From the IMG/VR virus record IMGVR_UViG_2896850075_000002: a stretch of 64,000 nucleotides of DNA; one strand, 5' to 3'. Numbering within the stretch: position 1 is the stretch's first letter; the number at the start of each line of letters is the position of its first letter. A program made the translations under genes and the position numbers. Below the pieces are notes generated by a model. The model saw only the letters and a program-made list of their open reading frames with translations. It ran no database searches and had not been told where the DNA came from. Below are positions 1-8,235 of the stretch, in pieces. This DNA comes from a virus.

Positions 1-1
1 A

Positions 2-286
2 TTATTCTACACCTCCATCTAATGCATGTGTAATTGATTTGAATACCTCATTACCGCCAACACTGACGGCGCCAGCAACTAAACCATCAACTAACCCTAC
101 GACTGGTTTAATATCGCCGTTCAGCCAACCAAATACAATACCAATCACTGCCCCAATTCCCAATGCAATCATTGGTAAATACACATTCTTCAATGGTGTT
201 TGCTTAACTCCCCACACGATTACAAAAGTAGCAATCGCAATCATGGCAATAGTACCACCATTCAATAATTGGATAAATTCTTCCAC
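2..286 (-). CDS. Holin
   Basis: 94 aa with 3 hydrophobic segments. Directly upstream of the lysin in the circular order (see copy 41067-41351). Confidence 0.85.
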   Translation of the reverse strand: MEEFIQLLNGGTIAMIAIATFVIVWGVKQTPLKNVYLPMIALGIGAVIGIVFGWLNGDIKPVVGLVDGLVAGAVSVGGNEVFKSITHALDGGVE

Positions 287-492
287 TATTTTTCATCTCG
301 CTTCCTATAATATTCGATTATTTCCTGTTTCTTTGTGTTCTCCTTCTGTAGCGCCTCATTATCCTTTTTTAGCTTGGCAAGCGTGTTGTCAGTGGCCTTA
401 GTACGGTTCAATATCGCCGGTGCTTGAGTTATCAATGCAACGATTATCGAAGCACCAGCACTGATGAGGGCCACGAGTACGACGTCGCTCAC
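286..492 (-). CDS. Small membrane-anchored coiled-coil protein, lysis cassette
   Basis: N-terminal TM helix followed by a charged heptad region. Stop overlaps the holin start. Confidence 0.65.
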   Translation of the reverse strand: MSDVVLVALISAGASIIVALITQAPAILNRTKATDNTLAKLKKDNEALQKENTKKQEIIEYYRKRDEK

Positions 493-496
493 TATA

Positions 497-880
497 TCAG
501 CCCCCGATTACTATTTCATGGATCATCGATGATAAAACAAAAAATGCATACATCGATTCAAAACTTATTAGTTGCCCATTACCAGCATCGTGAAAGATAA
601 AGGCGACCATAAAAAAGACCCACACAAATGTGAGGGCTCCTGTCATTACCGGTTTATAATATGGTACATCAATATTCCAGAACGAATAGACAACTGCTAA
701 CGTCGCTACAATCATGAGTATTGAAATCGAAGGTGGATCATCCATGATATCTAAAACCGTTGGCCGTGGTGGTACGAAGGCAAAGGTTACATTATGCCTA
801 ACGAGAAAATAGACGCCCAATCCATAAGTTTCTAATGATTTCCACAACCAAAAACGATTCTGCTTTAAATGTGTTAACAC
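497..880 (-). CDS. Multi-pass membrane protein, lysis cassette
   Basis: 127 aa, about 4 hydrophobic segments. Confidence 0.65.
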   Translation of the reverse strand: MLTHLKQNRFWLWKSLETYGLGVYFLVRHNVTFAFVPPRPTVLDIMDDPPSISILMIVATLAVVYSFWNIDVPYYKPVMTGALTFVWVFFMVAFIFHDAGNGQLISFESMYAFFVLSSMIHEIVIGG

Positions 881-893
881 ATACTTTCATCTC

Positions 894-1304
894 CTAACCA
901 GTCACCCAAACAAACGTACCGCCTACATAGTCAGTCACATCAAATTGTCCATCCATTGGGCTCTCAAAATTCAAATTTCCATCATTACCCAGTGTTAATG
1001 AAAATGAACGTCCAATTGTTCCTCTTAACGAGAACGGGATAGACTGTTGTGGATAGAAATTCGTTGGTAATTTTGCAATGACAGCATCACGAACTAAGTT
1101 AGTAATTGACAGTCTCAAAACTACAATTTCGCCGATTTTTCTTATACTTGTTTTTCCAATATTAGCTCTGTTTTCGAAACCATTGATTAACGTTAAGTCA
1201 ATCCATCCAGTATCCTCAACCGCTGAACCAAGGCCTTCTAACATTCGGTTCAACGGTTCATCCCAATTTGCTTGACCATGATTAATAGTAGTGATGTTAA
1301 TCAT
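894..1304 (-). CDS. Short tail fibre/receptor-binding-like protein (paralog C)
   Basis: MINITTINHGQANWDE N-terminal motif and DTGW motif shared with 2915-3742. Start refined to ATG 1304 behind GGTGGTG. Confidence 0.7.
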   Translation of the reverse strand: MINITTINHGQANWDEPLNRMLEGLGSAVEDTGWIDLTLINGFENRANIGKTSIRKIGEIVVLRLSITNLVRDAVIAKLPTNFYPQQSIPFSLRGTIGRSFSLTLGNDGNLNFESPMDGQFDVTDYVGGTFVWVTG

Positions 1305-1404
1305 AACTAACACCACCTTTATAAATAATAAAAGGGTTAGAAATACCGGTATATAGGCATTCTACCCCCCCCCCGTCATTTTCTAACTTGTTTTTAATTT
1401 TCAT
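1297..1404 (-). CDS. Poly-G leader peptide (35 aa, MKIKNKLENDGGGVECLYTGISNPFIIYKGGVSYD), not in ORF track
   Basis: SD GGAGG, ATG 1404, G10 run at 1365-1374. Stop overlaps the next ATG. Homologous to 3739-3843. Confidence 0.6.
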   Translation of the reverse strand: MKIKNKLENDGGGVECLYTGISNPFIIYKGGVSYD

Positions 1405-1561
1405 TCTTTTTATCCTCCGTTTCTGTGTCAGTCGTATCTTCATTAATACCAACTAGCTCATTGTATTGATCCTCTGTTAGTAAACCGCCTAGTTTCAAAG
1501 TGCTTAAATTATCCGCATTATACAGCCCCATCGCGTAATACTGTTTGATAAAAATAAACAT
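1394..1561 (-). CDS. XkdX-family small protein (55 aa), not in ORF track
   Basis: MFIFIKQYYAMGLYNADNL...LLTEDQYNELVG; TAATG overlap with the upstream gene. Confidence 0.8.
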   Translation of the reverse strand: MFIFIKQYYAMGLYNADNLSTLKLGGLLTEDQYNELVGINEDTTDTETEDKKNEN

Positions 1562-1911
1562 TAGTTAGTTCCTCCATTCTGTGCAGCAATTGCAAGCATT
1601 GCTTGAGCGTTGAACTGGTCTTGCGCAGTCTTGTTCTGCGCAATTTGCAACATCAATGCCGCATTAGTTTTATCTTGTTCTGACGGCTCCGGTACTGGCA
1701 CTGGATGTGCTGCAAGCCATTCATCCTTATCAGTGCCATTCCATGTAGTCCCATCCCACGTAATTGGCTCGTATAGTCCATTTGTCGGTGCTACTGGCGT
1801 CGCGTTGCCTGGTAACGGATTAGGTAACTCATCATCCGTCATAAAAAATTCACTGTGATCCAGCTCATTGTCTTCATTCCAAAAATATAATATTTGTGGC
1901 AATTTACTCAT
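1561..1911 (-). CDS. Tail fibre assembly/chaperone-like protein
   Basis: P-x-W-DG-x-x-W motif with a helical C-terminus; lies between a fibre gene and XkdX. Confidence 0.6.
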   Translation of the reverse strand: MSKLPQILYFWNEDNELDHSEFFMTDDELPNPLPGNATPVAPTNGLYEPITWDGTTWNGTDKDEWLAAHPVPVPEPSEQDKTNAALMLQIAQNKTAQDQFNAQAMLAIAAQNGGTN

Positions 1912-2863
1912 CCCTTCCTAAATAATTAATGCCTGCAAAATCTAACTTAGTACCGTTTGGCAAGGCTTTGGCTACATATAGTCCATCATCCTTAATGGTT
2001 ACTGGAAATTCGGTTTGACTAGATACATTTCGGCATAATGCTGTGATGCCACCGTCAGCCCCCAAAAACTTATCTGGCATTGCTAAAATTCTCGTTGCTG
2101 CCGGAATATCTGCAGTTGCTACGATTCCAGAAGTCAAATGGACAAGATCATTCACACGTCGAGCAAGCGGTGCATCTTTTGCTTGATACAGGCCTTCCAC
2201 CGCACCAACCATTGTCAAACGAACTAATCCAGTGTCTTCCGCATGAATATCGTTGGCCGCGGGTGCCCAGTACTCTGACTTTCCAACAAATACCTCACCA
2301 AAAAACAAATTGTGATCTACACCATCGGTAGACCCATTGTTGTCAATACGGAATGCTCCCTGAACATTATTACCTGAATTGAAGCTAAGCTTATACAGAA
2401 CTGCTTTAGACGGATTTGGAACAACACTCGTGGTTAATTGAATATTATTCAAATTATCATTTGCATCATGACAAATCATGTAAGCATCAAAGCTTGTAAT
2501 ACCGACAGCACCATACGCAATGAAATAGACATCATAATTTGTGTTGGGTACCAAGGTATACTCATCCGTTATTGCAAAAACCTCCTCATCAACACCGGGC
2601 TTTTCTTTGTCATGTAAGATGCTGAATAAATTGACTTTGCCATTCTTGTATAAGTGATTACGAATAACAAGAACTTTTCCACCAACGGGTGCGGACCAAT
2701 GTTTAGTATTTCGAGGAGTTGCAGAATTTAAGATCAAATTTTGCCGACTAACTGGTCCCCCAGACAAATGAAACGTATCAGAGTCAAGGCCAGAGAAGTT
2801 ATCATTGATAGTCTTTTCCCAATGTTCTTGACCATAATCAACTTTTGCTAAACTTACTGTCAT
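1904..2863 (-). CDS. Tail fibre/receptor-binding protein (paralog B) with carbohydrate-binding-like central domain
   Basis: VDYGQEHWEKTINDNF anchor motif, NLILNS...W beta-sandwich-like region, EDTG motif. Start refined to ATG 2863 (SD AGAAAGGA). Confidence 0.7.
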   Translation of the reverse strand: MTVSLAKVDYGQEHWEKTINDNFSGLDSDTFHLSGGPVSRQNLILNSATPRNTKHWSAPVGGKVLVIRNHLYKNGKVNLFSILHDKEKPGVDEEVFAITDEYTLVPNTNYDVYFIAYGAVGITSFDAYMICHDANDNLNNIQLTTSVVPNPSKAVLYKLSFNSGNNVQGAFRIDNNGSTDGVDHNLFFGEVFVGKSEYWAPAANDIHAEDTGLVRLTMVGAVEGLYQAKDAPLARRVNDLVHLTSGIVATADIPAATRILAMPDKFLGADGGITALCRNVSSQTEFPVTIKDDGLYVAKALPNGTKLDFAGINYLGRDE

Positions 2864-2890
2864 AATTGAACTTCCTTTCTCTAATTCAAA

Positions 2891-2910
2891 GCCGTTCAAT
2901 TGTGAACGGC
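2891..2910 (-). terminator. Perfect 8-bp hairpin (GCCGTTCA/TGAACGGC) followed by a short U run between fibre genes
   Basis: Inverted repeat seen directly; only UUU follows. Confidence 0.5.
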
Positions 2911-2914
2911 TACT

Positions 2915-3742
2915 TTACGAAATAAATACATGGTTAAAATTAATCCAAAATGTGTCGTCGCTTGTTTCTGAACAATATTGCAACTGAATTTTTCCATTGT
3001 AAAAATTCCAGCCATATTGAACTCCAAATGCTCGTGTATCAAAGTGAGTGTTAACCATTTGGTGCTCGCTAAACCAATCCGTAACTAGCTGTGGCAGCGT
3101 AGCAACGTTTAATGTTAGATTCCATCCCTTGGTAATAGCGATGCCATTCACAGAACCGCTCAGCATTAACATATCAACTGCCCCTAACTGAATAATTCTA
3201 AAGGCGGGAGTATCACCTAAAAAATTACTGTAAACTTTTGCACCATTCATTAGAGTAATCCCATCCCTAATCCAGCCAGTATCTGTGACTTGTGCAGTGT
3301 CCTCCACTGCTGGGCGCCAATCCGTTGCCTTATCACCAAGCTCAACTTGTACATGATATTGACCGGTGTTCAAACTGACATTTCGTACAGAAATTTGCAG
3401 AATACCAGTATTATTTGTCGTTACAGTCAAAGGACTTCCAGCTTTAACGCCATTAGTACCGGAAACTGCCTTAAATCCAGCGTTTCCTGCAAATAGATCC
3501 TGTGTTCCTTGGTCATCACGTGCTGGAATATTAGTAGATACCGTATACGTAGTATTGGCAGCTAATTGTAAATTGACTGATGGCATTTCCAAATAATCTT
3601 CCCGATACTGACTACGTTTGAATTTCTCCAAGCTAAAATAATTTCGGCCTCCGATAACCATATTGTTCAAATTTTTGAAATTCGTATTGATAACCCCATC
3701 CCAGCCTGCTTGACCGGAATCAATATTGGTGATATTAGTCAT
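2915..3742 (-). CDS. Tail fibre/receptor-binding protein (paralog A)
   Basis: MTNITNIDSGQAGWDG anchor, GGRN...GDKATDWRPAVED module, DTGW motif. Confidence 0.75.
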   Translation of the reverse strand: MTNITNIDSGQAGWDGVINTNFKNLNNMVIGGRNYFSLEKFKRSQYREDYLEMPSVNLQLAANTTYTVSTNIPARDDQGTQDLFAGNAGFKAVSGTNGVKAGSPLTVTTNNTGILQISVRNVSLNTGQYHVQVELGDKATDWRPAVEDTAQVTDTGWIRDGITLMNGAKVYSNFLGDTPAFRIIQLGAVDMLMLSGSVNGIAITKGWNLTLNVATLPQLVTDWFSEHQMVNTHFDTRAFGVQYGWNFYNGKIQLQYCSETSDDTFWINFNHVFIS

Positions 3743-3843
3743 AAATCACACCACCATTCCAATATGATAAAGGGGTTAGAAACGTTGATAATACTAAGTT
3801 TATACCCCCCCCCGGCGTTTTCTAATGTAGATTTAATCTTCAT
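3739..3843 (-). CDS. Poly-G leader peptide (34 aa, MKIKSTLENAGGGYKLSIINVSNPFIILEWWCDL), not in ORF track
   Basis: SD GGAGG, ATG 3843, G9 run at 3805-3813. ATGA overlap with the fibre gene start. Confidence 0.6.
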   Translation of the reverse strand: MKIKSTLENAGGGYKLSIINVSNPFIILEWWCDL

Positions 3844-3858
3844 GTTTTTGTCCTCCCA

Positions 3859-4692
3859 TTACTTAAAAGTTGCATTCAAACACTGAATACCAATAGTTGC
3901 TGGCTCCGAAATAAGATACATCCATTTTCCATCACTCGCACGGGTAACTGCAAAGCTACCGATATTGAAGTCCGGTAATGCAGCTTTGATTTGTGCTGTC
4001 ATGAACCGCGGAATCATCACTTGACCATTATTCTGCAAATCAACATTCATTGTTAATTCCGTCATTAGCGGAACACCGGCATACGAAGTTGTTTGTGCAA
4101 TACCAGCGCCATTGTAATAGCCCCATGCTTTAAATCTGGGATAATCGTTCAGATTCAGTTTGGCGGTATCAATTGCGTAGGACTTTTCATTCAGTACAAC
4201 TGCTACTTGTTGGTTCTGAACATAGGTCGTTGTCGCTAATCCATTCGGATCAACCGCAACCGTCACATTCTGGATTTGACCAACGACCACAGTAACGGCC
4301 AACTTGAATTCCAACAAAACTTTATCTGCAAAACTAGGCATCATTTCAGCTTCTACAGCCTTGATTACCGCGTATAGAATTTCACTGCCACCAGTTTCCT
4401 TAGCATAAATGCCAATCGCATTAACTGGATAGCTAATTTCTAGATCACGATTCGTAAAAAAAACTTCGACTTGCTTTAACGTATGATCATCTAGTCTGAC
4501 AATAGAATTGTCCGTCAGTACACCACTCTGCATCTCATCCGGCATCGCTGTTAATTCACCAACGCTTACTGTCGATAGGTCTTTGCTACTTGCGGTCGTG
4601 CGTGTCAGCGAGAAGGTTGTTTTACCCGCTGCTGCTCGACTTGCTAATAATAAGCCTGCACTTGTCAATTGTGAATTTGCATATGTTGCCAT
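3859..4692 (-). CDS. Baseplate-proximal tail fibre/collar protein
   Basis: LTSAG...L...T..F N-terminus and IGIYAK motif typical of tail-collar fibre N-domains; follows the XkdU-like gene. Confidence 0.7.
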   Translation of the reverse strand: MATYANSQLTSAGLLLASRAAAGKTTFSLTRTTASSKDLSTVSVGELTAMPDEMQSGVLTDNSIVRLDDHTLKQVEVFFTNRDLEISYPVNAIGIYAKETGGSEILYAVIKAVEAEMMPSFADKVLLEFKLAVTVVVGQIQNVTVAVDPNGLATTTYVQNQQVAVVLNEKSYAIDTAKLNLNDYPRFKAWGYYNGAGIAQTTSYAGVPLMTELTMNVDLQNNGQVMIPRFMTAQIKAALPDFNIGSFAVTRASDGKWMYLISEPATIGIQCLNATFK

Positions 4693-5334
4693 TTAACTCA
4701 CCTCCTTTAATTGTGTACTCTCAGCGGTCACAGACGTGTTGACCGTGACATGTTGCACGGTACCGACGCGCATAATTTCATCCGCTAACAGCATAAAACT
4801 GACTGGTTCCGCATCTACACTAGTTGCAACCGCAACTTGAACTGCTTGGCCAGCATTAAATTGCTCGACTGTCCGCTCTGTACGTCGCGTTGTTATTTGA
4901 TAGGTTAAATTGGCTGGAACATAAACATTCAACAAATAGCGTAGCCGTTTGATTTGTGTAACACTCACATCCGCTTCCAAGCTGATGGTGCTCAAGATTG
5001 AATTGATCGCATCAACTTCAATATCAGCCGGTATCTGCATTGCCTTAACAAGCGAACGAAAATAGCCAATTGTGATTGGCTGTGGCGGTAAGATACGCAT
5101 CAAAATGTCGTACCGTCGCTCTTCCAAAGTAGCCCCTGATTCAGGTGTGATTCCCAGTTGATATTCGAATAACGACAATCCTTGGGCATCCGCCGTAAAG
5201 ACGTATTGATTCATCAATATTCGATTCAGTTGGTCCGTATTCGCATCAACTGCCACCTGTTCAGCATTGACTAGCGAATGCATTTCCACAATATCATCAT
5301 AATAATCTGGTAAATAGTCACTTAATTTAGCCAT
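4693..5334 (-). CDS. Baseplate wedge protein (XkdU/YmfQ-like)
   Basis: YLPDYY, TA...GL..E..LGI, TLEERR motifs; gene order. Confidence 0.85.
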   Translation of the reverse strand: MAKLSDYLPDYYDDIVEMHSLVNAEQVAVDANTDQLNRILMNQYVFTADAQGLSLFEYQLGITPESGATLEERRYDILMRILPPQPITIGYFRSLVKAMQIPADIEVDAINSILSTISLEADVSVTQIKRLRYLLNVYVPANLTYQITTRRTERTVEQFNAGQAVQVAVATSVDAEPVSFMLLADEIMRVGTVQHVTVNTSVTAESTQLKEVS

Positions 5335-6475
5335 TGAAGTCCACCACTCCCATCACTGGTAGCTGTGATACCGTATTGTTGAATACCAAATCAATATCAG
5401 CTGCTTGTCCATTTAATAGTGGTAACGAGGCATTAACAACTCCATCAACCTTCATCAGCTGAGTTAGGATTTGCGCACGATAGATTGTCAATTGGTATCC
5501 TCGGCCAGTCACCGCATCGACATTATTCCAGTCGGTACGCTTTTGTTTGAAATAGGCTTCAATTCCTGTCTCAATCGCCGAACGAACGGCCTCAACAGTA
5601 ATCTGACTATCAACTTCAATGGTGGTAGTAACATTAATTACCAGCTCAGTCGGTGCAACGACCGTGACCTGATGTCCAATTGGCGCAAGTCCATATCCTT
5701 CCCCAGTAACCTCATCTGGATCAATCGTATTCTTTACTTGATTCAATAGGTCAGTACTTGCAGCTCGTAAATCATTGTCAATAATGACTAGCTTTACAGT
5801 GCCGCCACCGTGCCACGCCGGATAAACTTGACCGGCGCCAACGTCCTCAATTCCAGCTAGCATCTTTAAATAATCGGCCACATTCCCACCATAAGCATTG
5901 TATGAGTCAGGCGAGAGTAATCGCTCACGTAGATGATCATCAGTTTCAGCATCGCGGGCTGGTACCGGCACTGCAGTGATTTCAGCCCACGATAGCGAAT
6001 CATTCGGCGTCACTGGTAATATTTGGCCACGATAGCCATTAGGGCCGCTTCCTACTGATTCAGCAACTAAATAGCCTACGCCGTCGCCGACAATTTCAGC
6101 CACTTTATAAAAGAACGGCTCATCGCCTAGACTTGCAAACCGGTCACCGACCTGCACATTAGTCACCGGCTGTCCGTCAGCATCGGTAAATTTGGCGCTG
6201 GCTTTGGCCGCAGTCGCTGGCTGTCGCGATGTTCCTTTCTCGACAGCCCGATAATCCAAGAACTCGCTTTGTGCAGTTAATGTATATGTCTGACGGACAA
6301 TCTTTGCTGCATCCATAGAACTTTCCGCCATTGCGGATGCAGCTGGCGCTAGCGCATCATAGATAATTGAGCCTTCACGTTTATCAACCGTATCAGAAAC
6401 TTTTGCCAACATTTTATCCAGCCAATAGTCAAAGTCTTGGGCTTCCAACTGATTGGCTAAGTCATCAGGATTCAT
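5327..6475 (-). CDS. Baseplate J-like protein (XkdT-like)
   Basis: DKREGSIIYDALAP, ETDDHLRER, GGGTVKLVI motifs. Confidence 0.92.
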   Translation of the reverse strand: MNPDDLANQLEAQDFDYWLDKMLAKVSDTVDKREGSIIYDALAPAASAMAESSMDAAKIVRQTYTLTAQSEFLDYRAVEKGTSRQPATAAKASAKFTDADGQPVTNVQVGDRFASLGDEPFFYKVAEIVGDGVGYLVAESVGSGPNGYRGQILPVTPNDSLSWAEITAVPVPARDAETDDHLRERLLSPDSYNAYGGNVADYLKMLAGIEDVGAGQVYPAWHGGGTVKLVIIDNDLRAASTDLLNQVKNTIDPDEVTGEGYGLAPIGHQVTVVAPTELVINVTTTIEVDSQITVEAVRSAIETGIEAYFKQKRTDWNNVDAVTGRGYQLTIYRAQILTQLMKVDGVVNASLPLLNGQAADIDLVFNNTVSQLPVMGVVDFNG

Positions 6476-6896
6476 TCGCATGCACCTCCTTTTCAACACT
6501 CATGGTGCCATATACCGTTTCAACCGTAGCTGTGATGTCTAAAGTAGTCGCATTTACTTGTACGATGCTTTCAACCACTACATCATCAACCCGATCATCC
6601 GCCTGTAAAGCTTCTTGCAACATTCGTTCGACTTCAACGGTGGCATAGTCAAAGCTTTTTCCCAGCAGTTCACTAAAATCATTACCATACTGGTCAGAAT
6701 AAATGGGAAAGACAAACCTTTCAGTCCGCATCACCTTATCAACGGCTTGAACCATTGCGTCATAGTCATCAACCATACCAACGATGTGCCCGTCTACTAC
6801 TTGATAAGTTCTCGAGGGCAACGTGACTTCTTCCACTTCGTCCGCCAGGTCATCAACTGTAACGCCATCGTCGACTGTTTCAATTTCATCCGCCAT
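6465..6896 (-). CDS. Baseplate wedge/sheath initiator (XkdS, gp25-like)
   Basis: TERFVFPIYSDQYG, EALQADDRV motifs. Confidence 0.85.
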   Translation of the reverse strand: MADEIETVDDGVTVDDLADEVEEVTLPSRTYQVVDGHIVGMVDDYDAMVQAVDKVMRTERFVFPIYSDQYGNDFSELLGKSFDYATVEVERMLQEALQADDRVDDVVVESIVQVNATTLDITATVETVYGTMSVEKEVHANES

Positions 6897-6906
6897 TGCT
6901 CTCACC

Positions 6907-7209
6907 TCAGACTTTATCAAAAATATAAAATGACTGGCCACCATCACTGCGAATCATCGCAACGTGGTCTCCAGTCTTTAACCCATTCTTAATTTGTACC
7001 TTTTTATCACTACCGTCGACTTTTACGATCGTCTCATAGTCACTGACAGCTCTTCCCGTAGTCAGAAACACATTGGTCAGCATTAAATTATTGCCAAGCT
7101 GAACCTGTAGCGGAGTCGTACCCACAACTGTGCCGTAAACAACATCAGCATAGTCCGACTGGCTGCCACCTCTACTCTTCAGCATACTAAGTAGCCACTC
7201 ACCGGCCAT
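6907..7209 (-). CDS. Baseplate spike-like protein (XkdR-like)
   Basis: GTVVGTTPLQV...LKTGDHVAMIRSDGGQSF. Confidence 0.8.
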   Translation of the reverse strand: MAGEWLLSMLKSRGGSQSDYADVVYGTVVGTTPLQVQLGNNLMLTNVFLTTGRAVSDYETIVKVDGSDKKVQIKNGLKTGDHVAMIRSDGGQSFYIFDKV

Positions 7210-7212
7210 CTT

Positions 7213-8232
7213 TTACACCTTCATTTCTATTTCGCAAGTATATTTAGTTCCAAAATGATGTGTCGCCTTGGTAATGAGCACTGAACGGGTCCCAAGACCA
7301 ATGTCCTTCAAGCTCTGAATTTTGACGTACACTGCATTACCAGCAATCAGATCAATATCGCCTAACGTCGTGAGCGTCAAGGTGTATGCTTGCTTGTTTT
7401 TCGACTTTAATAATGCTTTAGCTTGCTCCATCATCTGTGCTTTGTTCGACTTATCCTTCGCATTTTCTACGTGTTGAAGCCGGCCCCAGTTATCAATATT
7501 ATGACGACTACTTGCAGTAACAGTAGTGTAATGCGTATCCTTAGCACTCTTGCCACTAGCAGTCGCTGTACTCTTCTGACCTTTAGTCTCATCCTCTCGA
7601 ACGATTCGTACCACGGTTGCAGCATCATCAATACTGCGTTCGTATTGAAATTTAGTCATCAATGACTTGTCCCCCACAACTGTCGTTAACGCCTTGTACG
7701 GAGCCTTCCGAAGTTCAACCACATCATAATTTGCAGCCACAAAATACAGATTACCAGTTGCTTTCTCGGTGTTTTCAATCGACGTTTTCAGCATATCAAA
7801 ATAGCTTTTACTATCACAGACTTCCGCCGCTAGCTTATGACTACTAGCGCTGACAATGCTGTGACTGATTTGAGCCATATTGCAAACTTTACTAAAACGC
7901 TGACTCAACGTCGATACCGGCCAAACAAGGGAATCTTCATTTTTCAAGTAACGAAGTTTATCATAGGCAGTCACTGTGAACTTTTCTGGTTCATATTTGA
8001 AATCGAAAATATAGCCGTAAAAAATTCTGATACCATCCCAATAGAATTTAACAATGTCCCCGTTATGCGGTGTGAATCCTTCATCAACCTCGACAATATC
8101 AAACTCCAATGAACCGGCCGAATAATTCAAGTCAGTCGTCCAAGTAATCGAATCATTGACTAACAGGTTACGGATGTCCCACACAATCGCCCCTTCACCG
8201 CGATGTTGGACCGTCATCGTCGTTACTGCCAT
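7213..8232 (-). CDS. Baseplate hub protein (XkdQ-like)
   Basis: F.GYIF, TAYDKLRYLKN, AGNAVYVKI motifs; gene order. Confidence 0.85.
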   Translation of the reverse strand: MAVTTMTVQHRGEGAIVWDIRNLLVNDSITWTTDLNYSAGSLEFDIVEVDEGFTPHNGDIVKFYWDGIRIFYGYIFDFKYEPEKFTVTAYDKLRYLKNEDSLVWPVSTLSQRFSKVCNMAQISHSIVSASSHKLAAEVCDSKSYFDMLKTSIENTEKATGNLYFVAANYDVVELRKAPYKALTTVVGDKSLMTKFQYERSIDDAATVVRIVREDETKGQKSTATASGKSAKDTHYTTVTASSRHNIDNWGRLQHVENAKDKSNKAQMMEQAKALLKSKNKQAYTLTLTTLGDIDLIAGNAVYVKIQSLKDIGLGTRSVLITKATHHFGTKYTCEIEMKV

Positions 8233-8235
8233 TCC

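Noticed and set aside
1336-3825. Invertible shufflon of fibre genes
   Set aside because: All fibre genes lie on one strand, the cassettes are in direct orientation, and no invertase is encoded.
894-4692. Diversity-generating retroelement acting on the fibre genes
   Set aside because: No reverse transcriptase and no TR/VR pair with adenine-specific mismatches.
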